From: Blasia pusilla
Taxonomy: Eukaryota
DNA length: 64,000 nt
Direction of reading: 5' to 3'
Assembly (NCBI GenBank): GCA_050084515.1
Contig: CM114271.1
Location: 35,402,001 to 35,466,000, forward strand
Shown here: in pieces, positions 53,687-64,000 of the stretch
How the letters are laid out: the number at the start of each line of letters is the position of its first letter
Numbering within the stretch: the stretch's first letter is position 1
Notes under the pieces: model-generated
Told to the model about the DNA's origin: nothing
The model's input: the letters and a program-made list of their open reading frames with translations, nothing else
The model's database searches: none
Program-made: the position numbers and the translations under genes

Positions 53687-54565
53687 CGCTGCTGTACCGA
53701 CAGCCGTATCAGATGGCCGATCACTCGATCCAACCCACGGAAGCTCGACTGCGGAATTCGCAGGCTCCCGATGGACCGCGCCGCGACTCGGACGAGCTGC
53801 AATCGCAAAACAAAATTCCGCGCAGCTACTACTTATGTGCAGCCGAGACGTTCCTGTTCCGCTGACCTCTGAAGCCGTTCCGATCCCTCTGATCGAATCT
53901 TCTTCTCCGGAAGCTCTCCTTCCAGAGTCCGAGCGAGGAGAAGATCGAGGCTGCTCGACGACGGGGGCGAGGAGGGTCGGAGTCACAGACCAGAGGAGAT
54001 CATCTGCCGAAGCGCATGGGCCGATGCATGAACCTCGAAAGTTGGTGAGGACATTGATTGATTGGCGACCGAAGGACCTGCACACTTCGAATTCGCTACG
54101 AGTCCGCAGATGTGGCTCGTGGGTCTCGCGCAGGAAGGAAGTTGCTCGCTGGCCTTCCGGCTCCGGATATGCGACCTCCATCGGCTTTGGGGGACCCGCA
54201 GCGCTTCCCCGAGCGCATGCGAAGATCCCGAACGATCTCACCACCCATAGGATTTGCGGGATATGCGGGCAGACAAAAAGTTATGTTTGAGAAGAGACGG
54301 ACAAAATTAGAATCCACTTTTATCGAACCGGGACAACGGGACTTCACGTCAAAGTAACCCAAAATGAATGCAAAAAAGAAAATAGTAAATGCCAATTCAT
54401 AAGGAGTGATAACGAAGTGAGAGAGAAGAGTAGAAATGGTGAGTACATAGAGATAAGGCCCTCTCCTTAATCTTATAACATAAACCATGGGTGATAGTGA
54501 TGGCCAGTAGGTTATTGAGCAAGGAGAAAAGCCTCGCTGGAAACCTTCAAATCAAGTTGATATTT

Positions 54566-55162
54566 TGTAAGCCACAAATCAGAAACACACGCGGATCCTG
54601 GGGCTCCCGACCAAGACCTAAACTCGCTTGCCTACCTGCAAACAACGAATTCCCACCAGCCCCCTCACATCTTTCTCATGTAAAAATAAACAATAGTAAA
54701 AACGGCACACTTCGCCTAGAACTCCACTCCTCAATCTACATCGGCATATCGAGCCTCGTCCACCCTCTACTATCAAGGAATCCGGACGCTAGCATCCTAG
54801 TCCTATCTCACACACATACAAGGGAGGTGCTCCAACGGCCCAACATGAGAAAGATGGCTTAGGAAAGCCATCTTCCTCTCTTATATAGGGTTAGGAAGAG
54901 CCAAAAGGCTCTTCCCCTAAAAATAGCCCTCCCCTTGGTAACCTGCGCGACACAGGTTACCAAGGGCGGGTGACATGGTCAACAAATCACTCGGTTGTAA
55001 AAGACCTCAACATCAAAGTTGTCAGAAACGACGTTCCTGACACAATGGACCTATCCTCAACCTCGTCCGACACCGTGGGACAAAGTTGCACTCAAGATAG
55101 TCCGCTGGCTCCTACGCCCTATCCACGATAGATCTCGGCCTATCGGTTACTCAGATGTGACA
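54566..55162 (-). mobile_element. Probable solo LTR (~600 bp)
   Basis: Minus strand TGTCACATC...GGCTTACA termini and internal CTATATAAG TATA box. No matching TSD, so tentative. Confidence 0.5.
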
Positions 55163-55964
55163 CAGTAGAAATATCAATCACAACAAGTGGATACATAATG
55201 AACACTCATAAAGTGAAAATATTATGATGAAAGTAAGGATAAAAGCAATGGAATTGATAAGAACAATTTTAGATTGAAAGAATTATGGTCAGATAAATGC
55301 AAATTCATGATTGAAAATAATTTTACGAAGAATATAAAGTAATTGAACTTGAGGAAGAAAGAAGAAGTGACCTATGTGGTATCAGGGACCGGGTAGTTTT
55401 TTCATGAGAACCTGTACATTTCCAGTTCAATTTCAAAAATTTCTTCATGTCGGTAAGCTAAACAAATACAAATACAAAGGAGCACCTTCCTATAAAGTCG
55501 GTTTTGGGACGGTAATTGAGAAACCTTATCAAAATTTTCCAAATTCTTCTGGCTAGCTGAACACGTAACCCCAATTCTCCCCAAACATTGTGTTATATAT
55601 GAAGAAGTGCTCCAGATTACAAATGTAGAAAATAATAAATTTAGAATGCCCTAAGAGTTAGTAATGAGATAGAGTAGTGGTGAGGTAGAGTATTGAAAGA
55701 GTAAGACATGCACGTGAGAGGAACTGAAGAAAAAAATTCGTTAAAAAAATTGGGAGCAAACCAAGAAGGAAGAAAGAGTAGGGTAGAAAACCCATGGGAT
55801 GTAAAAAGAATAAGTTGCTTGGTTACGACTTGATTATAATCGAATAACAAGTAATTTGATTATTCAGCTAATGGTAAGCTTGCCAAGACGATAGTAAAAA
55901 ACCATGGACATCCAAAAAGAAATCTATAACTCATTCCCTTATCCGGAACAGAATCAACACTACT

Positions 55965-56450
55965 AGTGTTGATTCTGTTGTGGATGAGGGAATGAGTTAT
56001 ATCTATCCGACAGAATTCTTAAGTACGTGCTTACCGTCAAGTTTACCACCGCATCGTTTAAGCTTGAAAATTGGTGCGCCTATCATGCTTTTACGAAACT
56101 TGAATGGTTCAAAGGGACAAGCGAATGGAACTCGATTGGTGATCCGTGGATTCATGCAACATGTCATTGATGCAGAAATTATCACTGGGAAGAACACTGG
56201 AGATCGAGTCTTTATTCCACGAATCCCATTGATTGCATGAGATTCGGGCTTACCTTTTGATTTATGTAGATTTGAAAAAGATAAGTATTTATTTACCTAC
56301 TCATGGTCAGTTATATGTAGCATTGTCAAGAGTAGGACAAAAAAAACAATAAATTTAACGACGGGTAATTATACATTTTCAAATGAATAAGTACATTTCA
56401 CACCAAATGAAAAAATTCTTTGATAAAATATTTTTTTCTTATTAATATGT
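55965..56450 (+). pseudogene. Helitron PIF1-helicase C-terminal fragment, same family as 17122-26121
   Basis: YPTEFL...LPPHRLSLKIGAPIMLLRNLNGSKGQANGTRL...VFIPRIPL; near-identical to 25696-26090 at DNA level; stop at 56238 and internal deletions. Confidence 0.88.
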
Positions 56451-58104
56451 CAGGATATTAGGCAAAGAATTTGGCAAACCCCATAAGAAACTCGTGGCCT
56501 CCGCGAGTCCGACGAGTCCAATGCGCTCGATCTGCCAGTTTCGCGAGGCCAGGCCAAAAACCACTGGATCCGCGACCCGCCAACTGTAGGCACTCCTCTC
56601 GAACTCGCGCTCGCGCATGCTTTCGTAAGTCCACCCTCGACTCATTCCTGAGAGCCGACTTAATTCCGGAGAGTCCGAGCTGCGGAGATGACGCCGATTC
56701 TGGCTACCGCAGGTTGAGCCGGTTGCGGGGTTCTCGGTTTTCTTACAGGTTGAGCTCAACTATCTCAGCGGTATGATTCTCGGATTCCGAAAGAAGAACC
56801 CAAAAAATAAAAGTGAAAATTAAACACAGCGCGACCATTTCTGGTGCGGCGTACTGCTCACAAGGCGAGACGAGTTTCGAGCATTGCCCAGCAGTGATCG
56901 AAGACGCCCGACTTCTCTTTTGCTGTCCGGATTGGTTTTCGCGGTCTTTCCATATGTTGTTGAGTGATTCTCTTTTCAGAATAGATCCGTTCATCAATAC
57001 GCTTGCGCCGATGTTCATGGAACAGCTGCTACGGGTAGATAGAGAGCTCTGGGCGGCGATGGAGACACGGACGCGGTGCCACCAACTGGAACGCAAAGAC
57101 TCTGAAGATCTCGCGGAAACTAGAGGTAGGGCGCCGATTTTCCTCTACTCCGAACGCCATGAAACGGAGAGTGAATCCTAGCGCGATCGCACGATCGGAT
57201 TCGGACAGGAGACTCGGGGCGGCATCTGTGATGCATGAACCCGTGGCTTATTCACTCTTTATTGCATTCTTCAAGTCCAGGAGAATATGCCTGTGCGCAT
57301 GTGAGAATTGAGGTGCACACACAGTCCAGAAATCGAGGCAGCATCCTCGAGTTTCCGTCTGGATCCGGTGTCTGCTCAGTCCGCACTAACATCGACTGAG
57401 AGGTCGAATGGAAGCTCCACGGATCAGAAGGATAAGGATAGGGTCAATGCTCTTGTCTTACTACGGATGTACAGGTCAAGCAAGCAATTTCAGAACCGGC
57501 CATGATGGAACAGAAGGAGTGGATGAGGTGAGGTAGCTGCTGTTGTCATCCCATGAACTCGCAGAAGCGGGCCCTGCGCAAACAGTGGTTTTTGGCCTGG
57601 CCCCCTGGAAAGTTCGTCAATCGTATCACGCGTTCCGAGGGACCCCGTTCCTGCAATCATCGTGAGGAGAGCACAAGTGAACATCGCGTTGGTGAATGCG
57701 TGTGTGACAGTTTTCCTGCGTGATTCCGTCTCTCGGACGTGACACATCTCGGGGCTACGTATCCATGAGAACGCACGAGCGTGGATCCGAAGTGCACCTT
57801 GCCCCACTTTGAGTCTCTCCTTTCATCCTCCTAGTACCAACCACACCCATTCGCACTTTGTTTGCGTGGGGACTCAAACACGCTCGTTTGCACTCAGTTT
57901 ACGTGAACATTTATTTGCGTGCACCATCGCCAGATGACAAGCCAAGCCTCCAGACCCGGTGTCGAGTATTTTCTCCCTCCCATCTTTAAGTTTAAGTTGC
58001 CCACCGCTCGCGCCTCACTCTTCTCTTGCGAATTCCATGTCCCTAAATACGTCACGGCAATTCTGGACAATCTCGCAGTTGGAGCTGCGGGACGTTCCGC
58101 TGTG

Positions 58105-58265
58105 AACTCTCTCTCTCTCACACACACACATCAGACAGGCACTAGTTAAAGAGTACTGTCTCACACACACGACAGGCATCTCTCACACACACGACAGGCA
58201 CCAGTTAAAAGAGTATCTCTCTATCGCTCACACATACGACAGGAACTAGTTAAAAGTACTCTCTC
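58105..58265. repeat. Short tandem repeat, about 4 copies
   Basis: tctcacacacacgacaggcac(t)agttaaa(a)gagta units. Confidence 0.8.
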
Positions 58266-59409
58266 TATCCTTTTTTTGCTCTTATATAGACCCATGGGAT
58301 GCGTTTATGGTGTCTTTGTTGTTTGGTCCTGTATGGTGCTCACGACTGGTTCCAATTGTCCAAACCAAAATAATGTGAAAACTGAATTGATGTGGTGAGT
58401 CGGGTAGATTACTTTTTGAAAAGGTATAGCTTCATGAATATCTATTGATGATGGTGGCTTTGTGGTGACTCCACTCTTGCTTCTAGGAGCCTTTCCCGAT
58501 CTCTCTCACGGCTCTCGTATGAGGGAATCGACTATCCTAGTGGGTGAATAATTGGGGGAAAATGAAGGCTTTTTTGGAAAGACAAATTTCATACATGGTT
58601 TGAACTTCATAAATGATGTGAAAATGTTGGTAGGTTATGACGTTAACAAAGGCTGAGAATAGAAGGGATAGTACACTTTGTTATCAAAACCAACTTCAAA
58701 AGAAGGCAAGGAAATGCAACAACATCCCAAAGGAGAAAAGGAGAGAAGAAATGCAAAAAAAAAATCAACTCAATGAGCTAGGCAAGTACATCTTGGAATA
58801 AATTTCTCAGGAGTGAATGGACAACGAGCTAAGTGGTCACCAACCACTTCAACTTGATGTACCAACCACAGCTTGTGCACATTGTAATGCCAAAGAGATG
58901 CATTGTCGAAGATAATTAGTGACAAAGTAGAGAGGAGGACTACGAGAAGGGATGAACACATGATTCTCACTATACTAGCAACTGACTCATAAACTTTATG
59001 AATCATATGCCAATAATTGCGAGTTTGTGTAGTACAAAGCAAGTCGTAAAAATTGATTCACAACTCACTCACAAAACTTTCAGTCCAAAGTAGTCGTTTT
59101 CAGCACTTGCAAAAACCACTAGTAGTGGCTTCAAACTCACGAGAGACTCGTAAAGGACTCACAAAGTGGAATTTTTTTCTCCCTTTTTCTTTGTTTGGGC
59201 CTATAAATCAATTTTTCAAGGGACACTTGACTTCAATATTTCTTAGTGATGGCTTTGCTTTTTTTCTCCCTTCGATCATTTCTTATAGTTTCGATTGAAT
59301 AATTTTAGAAAAACTTCACTTATCTACATGACATTCTCCTCCTTTTTGGGTAGATTTTACCCCAAAAAAATTTCAAGACCTAACTCCACTCCAAAAAAAA
59401 ATTCTACTT

Positions 59410-59575
59410 GCAAAGTGAGGCGAGGTGTCTCACAAAGTTGCAAGGAAAGGCAAAAATGGAGCCTTTTGGAGGAAAAAGGGGAAAATTCCAACTGCGAAGT
59501 GAGGAAAGGTGTCTCACAAAGTCGGGAGGAAAAGCAAACATGGAGATATTTGGAGGAAAGAGGGGAATTGATGTT
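59410..59575. repeat. ~85-bp duplication within a region rich in ctcgcaa/ctcacaa motifs (probable DNA transposon subterminal relic)
   Basis: aagtgagg..aggtgtctcacaaagt...tggag...tttggaggaaa occurs twice. Confidence 0.6.
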
Positions 59576-60799
59576 TGAGGTTTAAATTTCACAAGTCGAA
59601 AAGAACTACTTGCAAGTTCCAGGACTCCTAAGTTACAAGTCTTGTGCAACTCCGATGCGAATCCCCATAGTCATAAAGTGTGTGTCCAAGAAGCCACTAT
59701 TTGCAAGTCTAACTCGCAATTACATTTACGAGCCCACTGCAAACTTTATGCGAGTCACTATAGTCGCAACCACAGAACGCCCAACTTGACTCGCAAACCA
59801 ATGGCAACTCACAAAGCTACGTGGAATCGTACAAAGTGGACTTGCAAACCGGCCATCATAATGGACCAACAAAGTAACCCCTCTTGGAAAAAATGGACTC
59901 ACAATGGAGCCATGTCCACACCTAGATCCATAATAGTGATTTAACCCTTTCCTAACATTGCCCCATTAGTGGAGGATTTTCATGAATTCCTTATTAAGTA
60001 TGTTTACTTTCACTAAATCACTATAAATTATTATTAGAGAGTGCTTTCTTGATTTGTAAATATTTTTTCTTGACATGTGGCAACCGATTGTCTCACTTAA
60101 AAAAAAAAAAAGTATGCGGCCTCAATTTTCTATGCAACTTGTCTGTGCGTCTCGGTTGATAATCCCTCCGCACCTCTATGAAGCATCCCACAATAGGGTT
60201 GAACATTGAGAGCCCTATGTCGTCCCTACGATTGCCATTGGATTGACCACACATCCTTAAATCTTGTCGATACGGGCTAAAGTAACCTCTTCTAGCTCCT
60301 CCAAGTTCTATGCAATCCGATCGCATAGAACTTGGGACATATAATGGGGATGAGAGTACGGTCTCCCGGTCTTAATCTTTTAAGCATGTTTAATGCTAAA
60401 TCGAAGTACGCACCCGATTGACCCACCAATGGCGCGTCTAGTTCGGGCGAGAGGGTTCATCAAAACCTCCGAAAACAATATTTGGCAGTCTAAGTGCGAA
60501 CAGTACCCACTTTTATCAAAGTTTTGGACTTACTTGGCTTGTGCCTGATCTTTTCGTTGTTTGCACCTTTATCGGTTTGTGGCAGCAACCGAGTGACCCA
60601 CGAATGGCGCGTCTCCGTTTGGGGCCATGCGAAAGTGAGAGGAGGACACGCTATGACGTCTGTGGGGGCGCCACTCTCCCGCCCCGGCCCTCGCCCTCCA
60701 CAGCTTGCGCTCTTCCACTCTCCCGCCCTCGCCTCTCCAGAGCTTCAGATCTTCCGCTCGCTCGCTCCAGGGTTTTTCCCTCGTCGCTCGCTCTTGGCA

Positions 60800-60975
60800 T
60801 TTTCCCGTCTCACTCTCTCAAAAACTTTCGCTCTTGGGAATTTCTGGTATCTCACTCTCTCGAGAACTTTCGCTCTCGAGATTGTCTCTCACTCTCTCGA
60901 GTTCTTTCGCTCTTGAGGTAAGTCTCTCACTCTCTCCAGAGCTTTCGCTCTCGGGATTGTCTCTCACTCTTGAGA
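60800..60975. repeat. CT-rich ~35-bp degenerate tandem repeat
   Basis: tctcactctctc.aga.ctttcgctct.g.ga repeated about 5 times. Confidence 0.7.
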
Positions 60976-61570
60976 TCTGTCAAGCACAGGATACCCTGAG
61001 GTCATCCCGTTTCTCGCTGCTGCGGTGTTTCAGACTCGCGAAGAGTGGGGGAGCTCAGCTTCCTTTCGGAAGATTGCCATCCGTCGATGGAAATGCTTCC
61101 GAATGCGTCCACGTGCAATGTCGATTCGGCGCAAGCGCTGGGAAACTCCAAAAGTCGCGCGGACTCGGGATGCGGCTGCTACGCTTACGTGGGGAGAGCG
61201 GAGCGGTAAGTCTCTCCATCGGATAGGAGACATGGTTTCCTCGGTGGTGATGTGGTGGGAGGATAGGCGACATCAAACAGAGACGTGCGCACGGCTCTCA
61301 CCGAAAGCGCATCTACTGATTCTTACAGGTTTCATGGGTTGAAGGGGTTCGGCTACCGAGGACACGCGACATCAAAGCGAGACGTTCTCACTGTACTCAG
61401 AAAGCGAACCGGAGATGCACACTGATTTCGTGGATTGAAGGCGTTCGGCGACTGAGACGGATCAGGACCACAGATGTACAACAACACTCGAATAGAAAAG
61501 CCGCCGCTCCCCTCACCCCCCCCACAAAGAAAAGAAATCGGCCTGTCCCGCAGCACACAATGTCCTTGTG

Positions 61571-62867
61571 CTAGGGCCCACGCTTGAACCTGTCTTCCAT
61601 TACTTGAAACTTGTCTCCCATACACCTTTTCTGGTCATCAATCATGGAATCGAAAACATCGAGCAGAGACTCCAGGCCTGCAGTCTCGGGCTCCAAGACT
61701 TGCAGGGCGAAGACTATACTTTCTACTGTGGACATACAACCAGGCTTGGGCTGGCGACGAACCCAACCGTACCTGCTGGGCAAGTCCGTCAGAGGCAAGC
61801 GATAGTGGGGTATGGAATGTAACCAGGGATTTTCGTAAAACATCCGCTTTGCCTTCGACCAGGTGCCGTCCAGCACTATCAGCTGACTTGGGGGTTTGCG
61901 AATGACAGCCTCGCTGTTCGCTAGAAGATCGGCACTCTCCCTGAATTGGTGCAGATCCCGATGTTGGTAGGGATGCACTGCTGGATGTGGGCTCCGAGGA
62001 GACGGGGCGTAGATCAAATGCCTGTTCGCTAGGGAAGAGCAGTCCAACATCCGGCAGAAGCTTGATCCAAGAGGGTATGGAACTCGATCCCACCATCTCA
62101 TCGGCACCAATGCGCACTGTAAGACTGCCTAAACCTGTCGTTTCACAACTCTCTGGCCGTGTGAGGGTAGCTTCCCCGTTCGATGGTAAACTCACGATCG
62201 CAAGCTCCCCCTTATCATGCAGAGTATCTTCTAATGGATGCTTGGGACCACCTGGGCGCTTCGAAGACACTTGGCCCTTCTTACCTCCCATGATCAGATA
62301 TTGTTGTTTTTTGCCTCCCCTACCATTGATAGCCCTCTTCGATCCTGGGATTTTTGGTCGTAACCTATACGATACTTGCTCGTCATCTTCGGGGATGGAG
62401 ATCAGGTCCACATTGCGCAGACCGAGAACGGCAATGCGAGCAGAGCCCAGGTGATGGGTCTTTTCTAAGGGATGCTGTAGAATAATTATCTCTGTTTTGT
62501 TATTCACCACACACTGAATCCGACTGCAGATGCAAAGAGATGCTGCTTTGCAACAACTCTTGCAAAATTCGCGCCTCTTTCGCGCGGTCTGCTTCTGGCC
62601 TTCCTCCAATGTACCATTATCGACCGCAAGCACCACGTGCTGCTGAAGATTGTCCACCGCAACATCTGATGTATCGTCCTCCCTCTCTGCGGCAGAAGCA
62701 TTTGTCACATCCAAAGCTGAAAACTCTGAAGCAAAGGAGGCATCAACCACTTTGGAAGAAACCAGTTTCCTACTCATACGAGTGCTTGAAACCTCTGAAG
62801 AATTCAGAAACGTCGCACTACACTGTCCAACCACCGGCTCTGGCATCGCACCCACGCCCAATTTCAT
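61571..62867 (-). CDS. DTW-domain protein (tRNA-uridine aminocarboxypropyltransferase, TapT/DTWD2-like), split between two frames near 61920-62020
   Basis: Frame 1: CKSCCKAASLCIC, IIILQHPLEKTH..GSARI, LLFPS. Frame 2: LIVLDGTWSKAKRM..ENPWL, RRQP..GCMSTVESI, FDSMIDDQ. Start codon uncertain (62867, 62846 or 62777). Confidence 0.82.
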
Positions 62868-64000
62868 CTCACGACCTTTCAACCAGCTCTTCACAGGCGA
62901 CAGGAGTGAACATCTATGAGATAGATCACTGCAAAGTAACACATGATGACACATAGCGAAAAGTTGGTTCTCTGTCACACAGTCGAATAGCTCGCCTCTC
63001 AACGCAATGCTTGAACAGAAAAGCGCGCACACGAGATTCAGAGGGTGGTACCTCTTTCCCAAAGGCTAAGACGAACTTTCATCAAACCAACAGAGACGGT
63101 TTCTGCACTGGCAGCAGACACACAATCTTCCGGCCCAAAAGCTCATACTTCGCCATCCGGCAGATGGCCAACGCTTTCTCCCACCTGCCCTTCACCCAAA
63201 CTGACGTACGAATTAAGACAACTCAATGCACAGGAGATCGTTCCCTAATTCACAATCGGTGCTCCAGCACTAGGCGAGTTGATTGCGCGTGAAGATGCTG
63301 ACAAACAACTGCAATTTGTTTCTCGAGGCAGGCACCAAATAGCCACCCCGCACATCCAACGACTGCTACTTCGGATTCGTCGTGCTACTGCACTGAACCC
63401 TAATCAACCGACGGCCAATCCCTACCTTTCCAGCCCTGCTTCCCAAAAAGAGAAGCCCTCGTTTGTCCCCTTCAAGAGAAGACTCACGATCAGTGGGCCC
63501 ATGAGTGAACGCCATCTCATGGAGGCAAATGCAGCACGTAGACAGCGTCCCACATCCTTCGACAGCTTCCTAGCCGACATCTAAAACGGCCCTCAATCCC
63601 TAAACACGAGTGGAAAAAGAAATTCATTTTAAAACAAAAACCATTCACGACGATCACAATTTGTGACGTCCGGCACATGAGCCTCGAGGCATCAAGCAGC
63701 CTCACCATTCAGACGTGACACGAATCCTGGACTCCAGAGCTCCGCATCAATCACCGGCAATTCAACTGCAACTAAAGCGCTCCTTCATCGCCCCCTCGCC
63801 CCACCCGCAGCCACCGCTCTCCATGATTTTCCTCACTTCCTCGGAATCTACAACAACATCATCACCAACGCGTTGGAAACTCCGCACTCACCTTCACCTT
63901 CACCTTCACCGAAATCGCGACGCCACGCGACGCGATTCCGGGCTCGCGAACTGGCAGCTCCGGCAGTCAAACCCACTCCTGCGCCCAACAGCTCTGACTT

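Noticed and set aside
52754-53872. 372-aa plus-strand ORF
   Set aside because: Antisense shadow of the GC3-rich hydrolase gene; no motifs.
53687-54244. 186-aa N-terminal extension of the hydrolase ORF
   Set aside because: Starts at a non-ATG codon and shows no family similarity; more likely 5' UTR, though not excluded.
56743-57181. 117-aa and 122-aa opposing ORFs
   Set aside because: No recognisable motif or splice-supported model; left unannotated.

Overview
Eukaryotic nuclear DNA from a land plant, probably a seed-free plant such as a bryophyte or lycophyte (inferred from the transposon types and gene style). GC-rich gene islands alternate with AT-rich, transposon-derived spacers. Four host genes are supported: a 3-exon non-specific phospholipase C (NPC1-like, minus), a 5-exon plant soluble epoxide hydrolase (plus), an intronless microbial-type alpha/beta hydrolase (YNR064C-like, minus; candidate horizontal acquisition), and a DTW-domain tRNA aminocarboxypropyltransferase split across two reading frames (minus). 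The rest is mostly mobile-element debris: a ~9 kb degenerate intron-containing Helitron (17122-26121), several 150-200 bp mini-Helitrons from at least two families, a second Helitron helicase fragment, six pieces of a CRE-like restriction-like-endonuclease non-LTR retrotransposon family, a Ty3/gypsy relic with a PHD finger after the integrase region and an LTR-LTR junction, and a probable solo LTR. No rRNA, tRNA or CRISPR array was seen. All assignments come from reading motifs by eye; no database search was run.
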